Origin: Thermodesulfobacteriota bacterium
GTDB lineage: Bacteria > Desulfobacterota > Desulfovibrionia > Desulfovibrionales > Desulfohalobiaceae
DNA: 64,000 bases
Direction of reading: 5' to 3'
Assembly (NCBI GenBank): GCA_051747685.1
Contig: JBNJGM010000001.1
Location: forward strand, 11,888-75,887
The notes under the pieces were generated by a model, which was not told the origin of the DNA, did no database searches, and worked only from the letters and a program-made list of their open reading frames with translations. Made by a program: the position numbers and the translations under genes. Positions 30,667-41,505 of this stretch are shown here, in pieces; positions within the stretch are counted from its first letter, which is position 1; each line of letters begins with the position of its first letter.

Positions 30667-31770
30667 TTAGACATTGAATAAGAAGTGGATGACATCCCCG
30701 TCTTGAACCACATACTCTTTGCCTTCAACCCGCATCACGCCGGTCTCCTTACATTTAGCCTCCGAGCCTTTCTCCAAATATGTGGCGTAGTCCACAACCT
30801 CTGCCCGGATAAACCCCCGCTCAAAATCGGAATGTATGACCCCGGCGGCTTGCGGGGCCGTCCACCCTTTTTGAATGGTCCAAGCCCGGACTTCTTTGGG
30901 ACCGGCGGTAAAATAACTAATAAGCCCTAGAAGAGTGTAACCGGTTTGGATGACCTGGATGATACCGCTTTCTTGTACCCCATAGGAGTCCAAAAATTCT
31001 GCTTGCTCCTGGTCGTCCAGCGCAGCAAGTTCCGCTTCCATTTTGGCGCAAATAGGGATGACCCGGGCCTGACGGGTAGCGGCATACGCTTGCAAGGCCT
31101 GGAAATGGCGGGCATTCCCGTCCAACTCATCTTCCCGGACATTGGCGCAATACAAGACCGGTTTTGCGGTTAAAAGCCCCAATTCTTGTACCAATTGCTG
31201 GGCGGTTTCCACGCGAAAATCAGAAAAGGTAAGCGCTGGCTGTCCGGCGTTAAGATGCGCCAACAACCCTTCCCCCGTTGCCGCCAACGCTCGGGCTTGC
31301 TTATCCCCGCTTTTGGTCTGTTTCCGCAGACGCTCGAGCTTGCGCTCCAAACTCTGCACATCAGCCAGGATAAGCTCCATTTCAATGACCTCGGCATCCC
31401 GGACCGGATCAACATCTCCATCTACATGGGCCACATCCCCATCCTCAAAACAGCGCACCACGTGCATAACAGCATCCGATTCACGGATATTGGCCAAAAA
31501 TTGGTTGCCCAACCCTTCCCCCTGGCTGGCGCCCTTTACCAATCCGGCTATATCGGTAAATTCCACGGTCGCATGGATTGTTTTTTGGGGACGGACAAGT
31601 GCAGACAACGCTTGGACACGCGTGTCCGGCACCGGGACGATGGCCTTATTCGGTTCGATGGTACAAAAGGGGTAATTAGCGGCTTGGGCGTTTTGGGCTT
31701 TGGTCAAAGCGTTGAAAAGTGTAGATTTGCCCACATTGGGCAACCCCACAATCCCTATCGATAATGTCAT
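30667..31770 (-). CDS. ychF: redox-regulated ATPase YchF
   Basis: GIVGLPNVGKST, NYPFCTIEPN, DIAGLV and TGS-domain end FLFNV. Confidence 0.97.
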   Translation of the reverse strand: MTLSIGIVGLPNVGKSTLFNALTKAQNAQAANYPFCTIEPNKAIVPVPDTRVQALSALVRPQKTIHATVEFTDIAGLVKGASQGEGLGNQFLANIRESDAVMHVVRCFEDGDVAHVDGDVDPVRDAEVIEMELILADVQSLERKLERLRKQTKSGDKQARALAATGEGLLAHLNAGQPALTFSDFRVETAQQLVQELGLLTAKPVLYCANVREDELDGNARHFQALQAYAATRQARVIPICAKMEAELAALDDQEQAEFLDSYGVQESGIIQVIQTGYTLLGLISYFTAGPKEVRAWTIQKGWTAPQAAGVIHSDFERGFIRAEVVDYATYLEKGSEAKCKETGVMRVEGKEYVVQDGDVIHFLFNV

Positions 31771-32340
31771 GCATATCTCCTTGTAACAGCGATCAAAAAT
31801 CTCCGACACCCAGTCTCCGAGGCCTATCGGTAGGGGCCTGTGTCAAATTCTGTCGTAGCCCCGACTCAGGAAGCTTACTACAGGTGGTCTTATCCTCTCA
31901 GACAAATGCCGAAAAGAGTACATACAACACCCCGGATCTGAGAGATTGCTCCCTCGAGTTCCCTTGCTTAACTCGGAACTGGCCTCGCAATACCGCTTTT
32001 TTAGCGAAGCAATCTGCCCCGAAAACAATTCTGCTCCCGGAGGAACATGGACCGAAAAACGGGCCGCGGAGCGCGGCTTGTACACCCACAGAGCCCTGTT
32101 GTCCACTAGCAAAACAGGAGAGAGGCTACATACGGAGAATATATTGCCGCACAAAAAGGATGGAAAAAGGAGGACGAGCTCTATTGGGTCCGTAAAACCA
32201 TTGCACAATCTCCCCACGGCCTATAAAAAAACGTAGGTATTCACCCTGTGTATAGCACTCCTCCGCAGCCAGAGCACGGCCAGAATGCGTTGCTTTCTAT
32301 GGGTGCTTAATGGGTTTATTGGATACCACTTTCACAAATT

Positions 32341-32369
32341 AAAAAATCCTGGGCCGAAAAACCAGGATT
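32341..32369 (-). terminator. terminator downstream of the DUF1992 gene
   Basis: AATCCTGG/CCAGGATT stem followed by a T-run on the minus strand. Confidence 0.55.
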
Positions 32370-32432
32370 CTTTAATGCCTCACCCAAAAATATAGAGGTG
32401 AACCAATTTCTTTTTAACATAATCTAAAATGA

Positions 32433-32831
32433 TTATTTTTTCGGATTGTGTACTTGGACACGCTCAATAACTTTTTGGTAATATACTTGGTCTGTTTCTA
32501 ATTGAACAGGCACTCTGCGACTTGCATTTATCTTGGCAACCAGCACATTAAGTTTTTGCATTTGTCGATACCGCTCTTGCTCATCCTGACAATGCTCAAG
32601 CAAGTCCAGCATATTTTGGATTTGTTTTTCCTCTTCTATTTCTGGAGGAATATGTCCGGAATTTTTTAATATTTTGTACGCCATTCGCATTTCCTGCGGA
32701 ATATGGGTATCGCTTTCCGGTTGCAAAGGCTGGCCTTGACCAGGCAAATTTTCCATTTGCCCTTCATCCATAGCCTCACGGATTCGGTGCTCGGCAATCT
32801 CTTGAATGATGGAAAAACTTGAGGCCAACAT
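32433..32831 (-). CDS. DUF1992 (DnaJC28-like domain) protein
   Basis: IAEHRIREAM..G..ENLPGQGQPL and RMAYKILKNSG.IPPE. Confidence 0.88.
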   Translation of the reverse strand: MLASSFSIIQEIAEHRIREAMDEGQMENLPGQGQPLQPESDTHIPQEMRMAYKILKNSGHIPPEIEEEKQIQNMLDLLEHCQDEQERYRQMQKLNVLVAKINASRRVPVQLETDQVYYQKVIERVQVHNPKK

Positions 32832-32860
32832 ATGCGTCCTTTACAACCTCTGGATCTCTC

Positions 32861-33205
32861 TTACCCAGCTATTTCTTCCGGAAGCTCCTCTTCAGATTCA
32901 GCAATCGAAAAGTATTCCAAAAGCTTTACCAATGACAATGTCTTGCGCACTTGTGTAGAAGGGCGGTATAGATAAAACGTATTGTCGTTTTGCCGCATCT
33001 TTTTATTCAACGAGACCAAAAAACCAATGCCGGAGCTGTCTAAAAACACTGTCTCTGAAAGATCCATTACCAAAGCCCGGCAATGTTCATTTTCCAGGGC
33101 CTGCTCAATGCGCTCCTTGAGCTGAGAGGTGACCTCCAGGGTCAACTCTCCGCTGTAGGTGACGTAACAGACGCCGTTTCGCTGCTCGATGACTGTCTTT
33201 TCCAT
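32861..33205 (-). CDS. STAS-domain anti-sigma-factor antagonist
   Basis: GEL, DLSETVFLDSSGIG (phosphorylatable Ser) and LSLVKL. Confidence 0.9.
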   Translation of the reverse strand: MEKTVIEQRNGVCYVTYSGELTLEVTSQLKERIEQALENEHCRALVMDLSETVFLDSSGIGFLVSLNKKMRQNDNTFYLYRPSTQVRKTLSLVKLLEYFSIAESEEELPEEIAG

Positions 33206-33621
33206 AAGCTATCCTTAACGCGTTTGCTCATCCATAAAATATTTTTCTCGCCCTTTCTGGTAAAGGAAAAGCTATCCACTAAATTGGCCATAATATACAG
33301 ACCACGACCGGATTCGTCTTCTGGGCTACCTGGGCACGGCTCGGCCTGCAAAAGACCCCAAAATGGTTCACCCCAATTCGCGATCTCAAACTCCACAGCC
33401 ACAAAGGGCTCCAAGCGCATGCGCAATTCCAGGGAGCCGATCAAGTCTTCAGAATAGGCGTGAACAACGACATTGGCACAGGCTTCCGTCAGGGCCAGCT
33501 CAAAATCGTACAGTAAGTCTGAGCTATCGATGTACCGGCCCAAATACGCAACAGCTTTTCGGGCTATCTCCCGAGCCTGCTCTGGAGTCGCCCATCCCGC
33601 CAAACGCCATTCAACAGCCAT
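33142..33621 (-). CDS. RsbW/SpoIIAB-like anti-sigma factor serine kinase
   Basis: ELALTEACANVVVHAY and ESGRGLYIM; GGAG RBS; C-terminal tail overlaps the STAS gene by 64 bp. Confidence 0.88.
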   Translation of the reverse strand: MAVEWRLAGWATPEQAREIARKAVAYLGRYIDSSDLLYDFELALTEACANVVVHAYSEDLIGSLELRMRLEPFVAVEFEIANWGEPFWGLLQAEPCPGSPEDESGRGLYIMANLVDSFSFTRKGEKNILWMSKRVKDSLWKRQSSSSETASVTSPTAES

Positions 33622-33841
33622 TAGAGGCCACTCCCTCAGGGAAGGTGCGGGGCGCGGATCACCCTCATGACACGTGTGTGTCCTGGAAAAAGTGTCAAGC
33701 ACACTCACACGCCCTTGTTTTCATCTTCCGGCCACGTATCAGGGCACACCGCCGAAAGAACGAAACTGCCGTACCCCAGCGCAGCGTGGTGCGCACGTAG
33801 GAGCACGGAGCATTCTGAGTTCATGAACTTTGAAAATACTG

Positions 33842-34309
33842 TCAAAGAAAATCAGCACTGTCCAGCCAGAAGGTCACCGGCCCCCAATTGACCAAATCCA
33901 CATCCATCTCTGCTCCGAAAACGCCACGCTGAACCTGGCCCTGGCCACGCTGCTCCATAAGGGTGCAAAATGTCGCAAACCCGGAACGGGCCACCTCCGG
34001 CGGCGCAGCGTCGTCGAAGGCAGGGCGCCGCCCCCGGCGGCAATTCCCATAGAGCGTAAACTGTGGCACTGCCAAGACTTCACCACCGTATTGCCGCACA
34101 TCCTGGTCGAAACGCCCACGCTGATCCGGAAAGATGCGCAATCCCCAAATCTTATCACACACAGCCCACCACGCCCGATTTTGCATCAAGCCGTCTCCCT
34201 CTTGCCGCCCCAAGCCGACAAACAACACGATTCCGACCCCGATTTGGGCCTCGACGCATTGCTCCACCCGTACTTCGGCCCGTCGAACGCGCTGCAAAAC
34301 AATACGCAT
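33842..34309 (-). CDS. dtd: D-aminoacyl-tRNA deacylase
   Basis: MRIVLQRV, PQFTLYG, GRRP, GVFGAEM and NWGPVT motifs. Confidence 0.94.
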   Translation of the reverse strand: MRIVLQRVRRAEVRVEQCVEAQIGVGIVLFVGLGRQEGDGLMQNRAWWAVCDKIWGLRIFPDQRGRFDQDVRQYGGEVLAVPQFTLYGNCRRGRRPAFDDAAPPEVARSGFATFCTLMEQRGQGQVQRGVFGAEMDVDLVNWGPVTFWLDSADFL

Positions 34310-34695
34310 TAATGCTCCCTGTACACGGCCACTGAACCGTCATTTTCCGCCACGGCTACCTCCCGTAACTTGATGCCCGGTTCAATCAGAGTTGCCTCCA
34401 AAGCGTGAAAAATATACCTGGCTATATTCTCGGAAGAAGGACTTAGGGAGCGAAATGGTTCTAAGTCATTGAGATGCCTATGATCTAAACCATCCAAAAT
34501 CGCGGCCAAGCGTTGCTTTAAGACCTTAAAATCCAAAAGCATCCCAGTATCAGGGTCTACTTGATCTCCTTCAACTTCCGCTTCGACCCGAAAATTGTGA
34601 CCATGCAAACGCTCACATTTGCCTTCATAGTGTAAAAGCTGGTGTGACGCGCTAAATTCCTTCCGTACTCGTAATCGATATGTTTTTTGTGCCAT
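34309..34695 (-). CDS. queD: 6-carboxytetrahydropterin synthase
   Basis: FSASH, CERLHGHN, LDHRHLND and PSSENIA motifs. Confidence 0.94.
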   Translation of the reverse strand: MAQKTYRLRVRKEFSASHQLLHYEGKCERLHGHNFRVEAEVEGDQVDPDTGMLLDFKVLKQRLAAILDGLDHRHLNDLEPFRSLSPSSENIARYIFHALEATLIEPGIKLREVAVAENDGSVAVYREH

Positions 34696-34802
34696 GGAGC
34701 TATCCTGTTATATGTAATGTGCCGCACGTAGTGTTTTTTTCTGCCAGGGCGACAGCACATGGCAGTAAATCTGTGACAAGCCAGGTATAGCATGCTGCCG
34801 CA

Positions 34803-37800
34803 TCACGGCCGAGCGCTGTGGGCATCTTGCCATTTACGGATTTCCGACCAAAAATCTGGTCCTGCCGAAACCCGATAATTCGGCCCCAGCTGCAACACAC
34901 ATTCGGCTTGTTCCAGCCCTACTCCCAATTGGATGGGGGCTTGGCCTGGATAGCGCCCGATAATATATTTGAGTTCTTGCACCGGCTTCTCTTGCAACTT
35001 GCTCACGTCAATATCCACCCGCACCGGCTCATCTCCCTGACCGACCTGATCGGTTAACAGGCCAACTTCCTGGGCCACCAATTTGATTTGTTTGGCGCCT
35101 TCCTCAGCTCCGGCACTGTTGCCGCCCTCGTAGGAACTCATTTTGGCCTTGACCACCAGCGGTTGCTCCAGATCCAGCCCGTTGCGCACTTTGGCGTAGG
35201 TTTCGGGAAACATGGTCATCTCCCCGGTACCGGTTAAGTCCTCGATCTGACAAAAGGCCATGCGTCCGCCTTTTTTGGTCACATGCTCCTTAACCCCGGT
35301 GACCAACACCGCCGTTTGGACCTCAGTGTCGCCGTTTAATTCTCCGCATTCCTGCAGGCTCAATAATCGTTGCCGCTTGAGTTCTTCCCGAAATCGGAGC
35401 AATGGATGTCCACTCAGGAAAAAGCCGAGGGCCTCTTTTTCAAATTGCAGCCGCTTTTCATCATCCCACTCGGCTACCTGGGCTTCCTCGATATCCATCC
35501 CAATCCCGGTCAAAACACAATTCTCTTCATCGCCCATCATAGCCATCAAAGACAATTGACCAAAGGATTTATCCCGGCTTTGCCGCTGGGCCGTGGCCAC
35601 CACCTTATCCAGTGAGGCCAAAAGGGCGGCTCGGCTGCATCCCAAGCTGTCCATGGCTCCGGCTTTAATAAGGCTCTCCAAAACACGTTTGGTCACCTTG
35701 CGCGACCCGATCCGTTTGCAAAAGTCCAACAAACTCGCATACGGACCATTCTGCTTGCGCTCGGCGACCAAGGCCTCTATCGCCCCGCCACCGACATTTT
35801 TGACCCCTGAAAGACCAAAGCGCAATTTTTCCTCTTCCACCGTAAAATGGCGTTCGCTCTTGTTCACGTCCGGGGGCAGCACTTCGATACCCATCTCCCT
35901 ACACGCATTGACGTGGGCAATGACTTTGTCCGTATTGCTCACCTCCGAGGTGATCAAGGCGGCCATGAATTCCACCGGATAATGGGCCTTTAGATAGGCG
36001 GTCTGGTAGGAAACAAGGGCGTAGGCCGCTGAATGGGATTTATTGAACCCATACCCGGCGAATTTTTCCATCAAATCGAAGATATAGGTTGCTGTCTCCT
36101 GATCGATACCGTTTTCTTGGGCCCCGTTGACAAATTTCGTGCGCTGTTCCGCCATTACAGCAGGGTCTTTTTTACCCATAGCCCGGCGCAGGATGTCGCC
36201 GTCGCCTAGGGAATAATTGGCCAGATCCGAAGCGATGCGCATCACCTGTTCTTGGTACAGGATAACACCGTGGGTCGCTTGTAACACCGGTTCCAAAAGG
36301 GGATGGGGGTACTCGACCGGAATCTCGCCGTGTTTGCGGCGGATAAAATCGGTAACCATGCCACTCTCCAAAGGCCCAGGGCGGTACAAAGCCAACAAAG
36401 CGATAACATCTTCAAAGCTGGTGGGCTGCAGGTCCTTCATGACATTGCGCATCCCAGAGCTTTCAAGCTGGAACACCCCGTCGGTCTCGGTGCGACACAA
36501 CAAGGCAAACGTGGCCTTGTCGTCCAAGGGGAGGGTATCTATATCCGGCACAGTTTTGCCGGCTTGTGTTGCCAATTGCAGCGTATCGGCAATGACCGTT
36601 AACGTTTTGAGCCCCAAAAAGTCGAACTTGATCAAGCCGACTTTCTCCACCTTTTTCATATCGAACTGGGTCACCACTTCGCCTTTTTTCCCCAAATACA
36701 GCGGCAAGTGATTTTCCAGGGGCTGACTATCGGATATCACAATCCCAGCGGCATGAGTGGACGCGTGGCGGGCCAACCCCTCCAAGCGCCGGGAGACATC
36801 AATGAGTTTGTCCACGGTGGGGTCGTTCTCTGCCAGGGCCGCCAAATCTGGCTCCTGTTCCAGGGCCTTATCAATGGTCATTTTCAAATCATCAGGGACC
36901 AACTTGGCGATCTTGTCCGTCTCGGCAAAGCTCAGGCCCAACGCCCGTCCGACATCGCGCACCACTGCCTTGGCCTTCATCGTACCAAAAGTGGTGATCT
37001 GAGCCACACTGTTTTTGCCGTATTTTTCCGTTACATACCGGATGACCTCTTCACGACGGTTATAGCAAAAATCCACATCGATATCCGGCATACTGGCCCG
37101 TTCGACGTTCAAAAAACGCTCGAACAAGAGATTATAGCGCAATGGATCCAAATTGGTGATACCCAAACAATAGGCCACCAAACTCCCTGCAGCAGAACCC
37201 CGACCCGGCCCCACCGGAATACCCTGCTTTTTTGCCCAATTGATAAAATCCTGGACAATCAGAAAATAGGCAGGGAAACCCTTCGCGCAGATAACCTCCA
37301 ATTCCGTATCCAGACGCTGCCAATACCTCTGTTCTTCGACTTCATACGGAAGTTTACTCAATCGGGTCCGCAGGCCCTCCCGGACAAGATGGATAAACTC
37401 TTCTTCAAGGGTCCGGCCCTCAGGAACTTCATAGACCGGAAAATAGTTCTGCTTTAAATCGAGTTCAACATTACAGCGCTGCGCAATATGCCCGACATTT
37501 TCCAATGCTTGCGGGCAATGGGAAAACGCCTGCTCCATTTCCTCTGGAGGGCGATAATACAATTCCTGGGTATTAAAGCGCATGCGCTCTTTGGCGTAAT
37601 ATTGCGCATTGGTTTGAATGCAAAGCAAGATATCATGGGCTTCAACATCATTATAGCTCAAATAGTGGCAATCGTTGGTGGCCACCAAAGGCAGTCGAGC
37701 TGTTTCAGCTAAGTCCAAAAGTTGGGCATTTAATCTTTCTTGCTCCGGAATCCCGTTCGCCTGCACCTCTAGATAAAATCGATCCGGGAAGAGTTGGCTA

Positions 37801-38288
37801 TACTCCTCGGCTATCGCTTTGCCCCGGTCCATACCTTCATGGCGCATCACATAGGGCACTTCGCCCTTGAGGCAGGCAGACAAAGCGATCAACCCCGCAT
37901 TATGTTGCGCTAGAAGGCTCTTATCCACTCGGGGCTTATAGTGGAACCCCTCGAGCCACCCCCGGCTCACAAGACGCACCAGATTATAGTACCCTTCAAG
38001 GTTCTGGGCCAGCAACACCAGGTGATATCCGGAACGAGTATCTTTATCCGTATGCTTTGTCCGCCGGTCTCCCGGGGCCACGTACACCTCGCAGCCAATA
38101 ATCGGCTTGATCCCGTATTGCTTGGCCGTGAGATAAAAGTCCAACGCTCCGAACAAATTGCCGTGGTCAGTGATGGCGGCGCTCGAAAAACCGTAATCCA
38201 CTGCTTGGCTACATAAATCGCCTAGACGAATCGCCCCGTCGAGCAAACTGTACTCTGTATGGCAATGTAAATGCGTAAAATCGGTCAT
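34803..38288 (-). CDS. dnaE: DNA polymerase III alpha subunit
   Basis: HLHCHTEYSLLDG PHP domain, GPGRGSAAGS, PDIDVDF and YGFNKSH; normal length, no intein evident. Confidence 0.97.
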   Translation of the reverse strand: MTDFTHLHCHTEYSLLDGAIRLGDLCSQAVDYGFSSAAITDHGNLFGALDFYLTAKQYGIKPIIGCEVYVAPGDRRTKHTDKDTRSGYHLVLLAQNLEGYYNLVRLVSRGWLEGFHYKPRVDKSLLAQHNAGLIALSACLKGEVPYVMRHEGMDRGKAIAEEYSQLFPDRFYLEVQANGIPEQERLNAQLLDLAETARLPLVATNDCHYLSYNDVEAHDILLCIQTNAQYYAKERMRFNTQELYYRPPEEMEQAFSHCPQALENVGHIAQRCNVELDLKQNYFPVYEVPEGRTLEEEFIHLVREGLRTRLSKLPYEVEEQRYWQRLDTELEVICAKGFPAYFLIVQDFINWAKKQGIPVGPGRGSAAGSLVAYCLGITNLDPLRYNLLFERFLNVERASMPDIDVDFCYNRREEVIRYVTEKYGKNSVAQITTFGTMKAKAVVRDVGRALGLSFAETDKIAKLVPDDLKMTIDKALEQEPDLAALAENDPTVDKLIDVSRRLEGLARHASTHAAGIVISDSQPLENHLPLYLGKKGEVVTQFDMKKVEKVGLIKFDFLGLKTLTVIADTLQLATQAGKTVPDIDTLPLDDKATFALLCRTETDGVFQLESSGMRNVMKDLQPTSFEDVIALLALYRPGPLESGMVTDFIRRKHGEIPVEYPHPLLEPVLQATHGVILYQEQVMRIASDLANYSLGDGDILRRAMGKKDPAVMAEQRTKFVNGAQENGIDQETATYIFDLMEKFAGYGFNKSHSAAYALVSYQTAYLKAHYPVEFMAALITSEVSNTDKVIAHVNACREMGIEVLPPDVNKSERHFTVEEEKLRFGLSGVKNVGGGAIEALVAERKQNGPYASLLDFCKRIGSRKVTKRVLESLIKAGAMDSLGCSRAALLASLDKVVATAQRQSRDKSFGQLSLMAMMGDEENCVLTGIGMDIEEAQVAEWDDEKRLQFEKEALGFFLSGHPLLRFREELKRQRLLSLQECGELNGDTEVQTAVLVTGVKEHVTKKGGRMAFCQIEDLTGTGEMTMFPETYAKVRNGLDLEQPLVVKAKMSSYEGGNSAGAEEGAKQIKLVAQEVGLLTDQVGQGDEPVRVDIDVSKLQEKPVQELKYIIGRYPGQAPIQLGVGLEQAECVLQLGPNYRVSAGPDFWSEIRKWQDAHSARP

Positions 38289-38435
38289 CACCGAAGCACA
38301 TCCTTTTTCAAGCAACTATCAAGCAATACAACGCTCCCCCCACCCAAAGGGGTAAACGCCGATACACCCTGCTAACCTGTCTCAAATGGTGTACACCATC
38401 CCGCCGCACACCGTGACCCATTGCTCTCTTTGCAC

Positions 38436-38482
38436 AAAAAAGACAGGAATCCCCATGCCCTCGAGTCGACAGCATGGGGATT
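38436..38482 (-). terminator. terminator downstream of gap
   Basis: 11-bp stem AATCCCCATGC/GCATGGGGATT with a nearby T-run on the minus strand. Confidence 0.6.
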
Positions 38483-38519
38483 TCCCCGATCAAGACGCAA
38501 ATAGCGGCCACGGCACCGT

Positions 38520-39521
38520 TTAGTCGAGCAACGCAGCCACCTTGCGCGTTACCCGCAACAGCTGGTGAGAAAATCCGGACTCGTTATCATACCAGACAAT
38601 AATCTTGGCCAGAGTCCCGTCCATCACACTCGTGGTCAAGGCATCGAGGACCCCGCCATAGGTGGACCCTGTGTAATCCACAGAAACCAAGGGTTCTTCA
38701 CTGTACCCGAGCACCCCTTGTAGCGGCCCTTGAGCGGCGGCTTTCATGGCCGCATTGATTTCCTCCGGCGTAGTAGACCGGCCCAGATCAGCGCTCAAAT
38801 CCACCAGCGAGACATTGGGCGTCGGCACCCGGATAGCCATCCCATCCAATTTGCCCTCCAGTTCCGGGATGACTCGTGTCACCGCCCGGGCCGCGCCCGT
38901 GGAGGTGGGCAGCATGGACATAGCCGCAGCCCGGGCGCGGCGTAAATCCTTGTGCGAGCCGTCCAAAATACGTTGGCTCATGGTATAAGAATGGATGGTG
39001 GTCATCAGCCCGCGTTCAAGGCCAAAATTGTCATGCAACACCTTCGCCGCCGGAGCTAGGCAGTTCGTGGTACACGAGGCGTTGGAGATAATTTTGTGCG
39101 CCGCGGTGAGATCACTGTCGTTTACACCCATGACCACCATGGCATCAGGTTGCTTCGCTGGGGCACTGATCACCACCCGCTTTGCGCCACAGGCAAGATG
39201 ACTTTCGCAACTTTCCCGGTCGGTAAATTTTCCCGTCGTTTCCAAAACGATATCTACGCCCAGATCACCCCAAATCCATTCGCCAGGTTTGTTGCGCGTC
39301 ACGGTGACCTGCCGGCCCTCTAAAAGAAAGCCCTGTTCATTGGCTTGCACATCACCCTCAAAGGTACGGTGCACTGAATCGTATCTGAGCAAATGGACCA
39401 GGGAATCGTTGTCTGCGCGAGCGTTAACTGCCACCAATTCCAATTCCGTATCACCGGCCAGCAACCGAGCCACATACCGCCCGATGCGGCCAAATCCATT
39501 AAGTGCAACACGAACCGCCAT
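38520..39521 (-). CDS. gap: type I glyceraldehyde-3-phosphate dehydrogenase
   Basis: NGFGRIG, SNASCTTNC and WYDNE motifs. Confidence 0.96.
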   Translation of the reverse strand: MAVRVALNGFGRIGRYVARLLAGDTELELVAVNARADNDSLVHLLRYDSVHRTFEGDVQANEQGFLLEGRQVTVTRNKPGEWIWGDLGVDIVLETTGKFTDRESCESHLACGAKRVVISAPAKQPDAMVVMGVNDSDLTAAHKIISNASCTTNCLAPAAKVLHDNFGLERGLMTTIHSYTMSQRILDGSHKDLRRARAAAMSMLPTSTGAARAVTRVIPELEGKLDGMAIRVPTPNVSLVDLSADLGRSTTPEEINAAMKAAAQGPLQGVLGYSEEPLVSVDYTGSTYGGVLDALTTSVMDGTLAKIIVWYDNESGFSHQLLRVTRKVAALLD

Positions 39522-39665
39522 CTCCGCATTCTCCTTGTGTTTCCAACCGCAGTGTGCGCGGCTTGCTTTTGTTCTCGTCCTGCATCCGTAAAACCGGGGC
39601 CAGTATCCTGGTTCTGGTAACGCTGTGTTGCTGTTTGTACACTCCGACCCCGTGTGCGACGAGCT

Positions 39666-40589
39666 TTATAGAGTATTCGAGGACCCCAGGACGTTTTCAA
39701 TTTTATGCTGCACCATGTCCTGAACCGCTTGTCGGGCCGGTTTGAGGTATTTCCGGGGATCGAATTCAGCAGGGTTTTCAGCGAAGTATTTGCGGATGGT
39801 CGCGGTCATGGCGAGCCGAATATCTGTATCGATATTGATTTTGCACACCCCCGACTGCGCGGCTTGGCGCAAAAGATCCTCCGGCACTCCCTGGGCCCCG
39901 GCAATCGCGCCACCGTAAGCATTGGCCATCTCCACGAATTCGGGCAGCACCGATGAGGCACCATGCAAAACAAGTGGATATTGCGGCATCTTGTCGGTAA
40001 TAGTCTGCAAACGCTCCAAATCCAACCGCGCCTGGCCGCTGAATTTATACGCTCCGTGGCTGGTGCCAATGGCCACAGCTAACGAATCGCAACCGGTACG
40101 TTGCACGAAGTCTACGGCTTCGTCCGGATCGGTGTACACATTGTGTTCGGCTTCCACATCATCCTCAACCCCGGCCAGTTGCCCAAGTTCGGCTTCAACC
40201 CAGACCCCGCGAGGGTGAGCGTACTCCACCACCTCTTTCGTCAGAGCGATATTCTCTTCAAATGGCAAATGCGAGCCATCAATCATGACCGAAGTAAAGC
40301 CACCGTCAATAACTTTTTGACAAATATCAAAATCCTGCCCGTGGTCCAAATGCAGACAAATGGGCAAATCGCTTTCTTCCAAAGCCGCTTCCACCAATTT
40401 CAAGATGTAGGTTTGCCCAGCATAGCGCCTTGCACCTGCCGAAACCTGGAGAATAAGTGGTGATTTTTCCGCTTCAGCGGCACTGATAATGCCTTGGATA
40501 ATCTCCATATTATTCACATTAAAAGCACCAATGGCATACCCGCCAGCATAGGCCTTGGCGAACATCTCTTTAGGCGAAACAAGTGGCAT
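39666..40589 (-). CDS. fba: class II fructose-1,6-bisphosphate aldolase
   Basis: HLDHG, SVMIDGS, VEAELG, GTSHGAYK, LVLHGAS and KINIDT motifs. Confidence 0.96.
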   Translation of the reverse strand: MPLVSPKEMFAKAYAGGYAIGAFNVNNMEIIQGIISAAEAEKSPLILQVSAGARRYAGQTYILKLVEAALEESDLPICLHLDHGQDFDICQKVIDGGFTSVMIDGSHLPFEENIALTKEVVEYAHPRGVWVEAELGQLAGVEDDVEAEHNVYTDPDEAVDFVQRTGCDSLAVAIGTSHGAYKFSGQARLDLERLQTITDKMPQYPLVLHGASSVLPEFVEMANAYGGAIAGAQGVPEDLLRQAAQSGVCKINIDTDIRLAMTATIRKYFAENPAEFDPRKYLKPARQAVQDMVQHKIENVLGSSNTL

Positions 40590-40734
40590 ACAGTCCTCCT
40601 TTGTTTCTGGGTAGGCCTATCGCTTTTGGCCACCTCCGTATACATAGTCTGAACACAATCGGGGGGTATTTACAACCCGAGTCCTCTTAGCGACCAACCG
40701 TTCTGCGGGGAAGCCGCACGCAGTAAACAAGCCC

Positions 40735-41505
40735 CTAAGACGAAAGGGGCAAACCCTCAAACAGCGCTTGAGTCTGCCCGAGCAGGGCGGTATCGGTGAA
40801 ATCAAAACACAAGGGGGTTACGGTCACATAGTCTTGGCTCAAAAGCGCCCTATCCGAACCAGACTGCACTTCGTCCAGCGGAATTTGACCGGTGAGCCAA
40901 AAATATTCGCCTCCCCGAGGATCAAGCCGCCGCACATATTCGTCCTGGTATACTGTCTGAGTTTGGGGGCAAACTCTCACCCCTTTGCTCTTGTCCAGAG
41001 GGCACGCCGGGAAATTCAGATTCAGAACCCGGCGCTGCGGCAGAGATTGCCAAGCGGTTTGCGTAACGAATCGGGCTGCCCAAGCCGCCTGCTCCTGAAG
41101 TTCCCAGGGATGGAAATGGTCTATGGAAACCGCTAAAGCCGGGAATCCGGCCAGGGCCCCTTCTGTGGCCGCAGACACTGTCCCGGAGTACAAAATATCC
41201 ACCCCCACATTGGCCCCAGCATTGATTCCTGAAACAATGACTTCAGGCGGAGAAGGGAGTAACGTGCTCAAGGCCATCTTCACGGCATCCACCGGGGTGC
41301 CGCTAATCCCATAACCGGAGAATCCGTCCTCCTGCACCGGCTCAACCCGCAGAGGCATGCTCAAGGTCACGGCGTGCCCAACCGCTGACTGTTGCGTCAG
41401 CGGGGCAACGACGGTCACCGTATGCCCGGCAGCACACAACGCCCGGTACAAGCAACGCAGACCATAGGCCTGAATCCCGTCGTCGTTGGTCAAGAGAATG
41501 TCCAT
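40735..41505 (-). CDS. surE: 5'/3'-nucleotidase SurE
   Basis: LLTNDDG, GTPVD, SGINAGANVG and YSGTV motifs. Confidence 0.95.
   Translation of the reverse strand: MDILLTNDDGIQAYGLRCLYRALCAAGHTVTVVAPLTQQSAVGHAVTLSMPLRVEPVQEDGFSGYGISGTPVDAVKMALSTLLPSPPEVIVSGINAGANVGVDILYSGTVSAATEGALAGFPALAVSIDHFHPWELQEQAAWAARFVTQTAWQSLPQRRVLNLNFPACPLDKSKGVRVCPQTQTVYQDEYVRRLDPRGGEYFWLTGQIPLDEVQSGSDRALLSQDYVTVTPLCFDFTDTALLGQTQALFEGLPLSS

Noticed and set aside
31764-32236. Several 60-143 aa ORFs upstream of ychF
   Set aside because: They overlap on both strands and have no RBS or motif support.
34803-38288. Possible intein in dnaE
   Set aside because: Length and motif order are normal and no insertion is seen.
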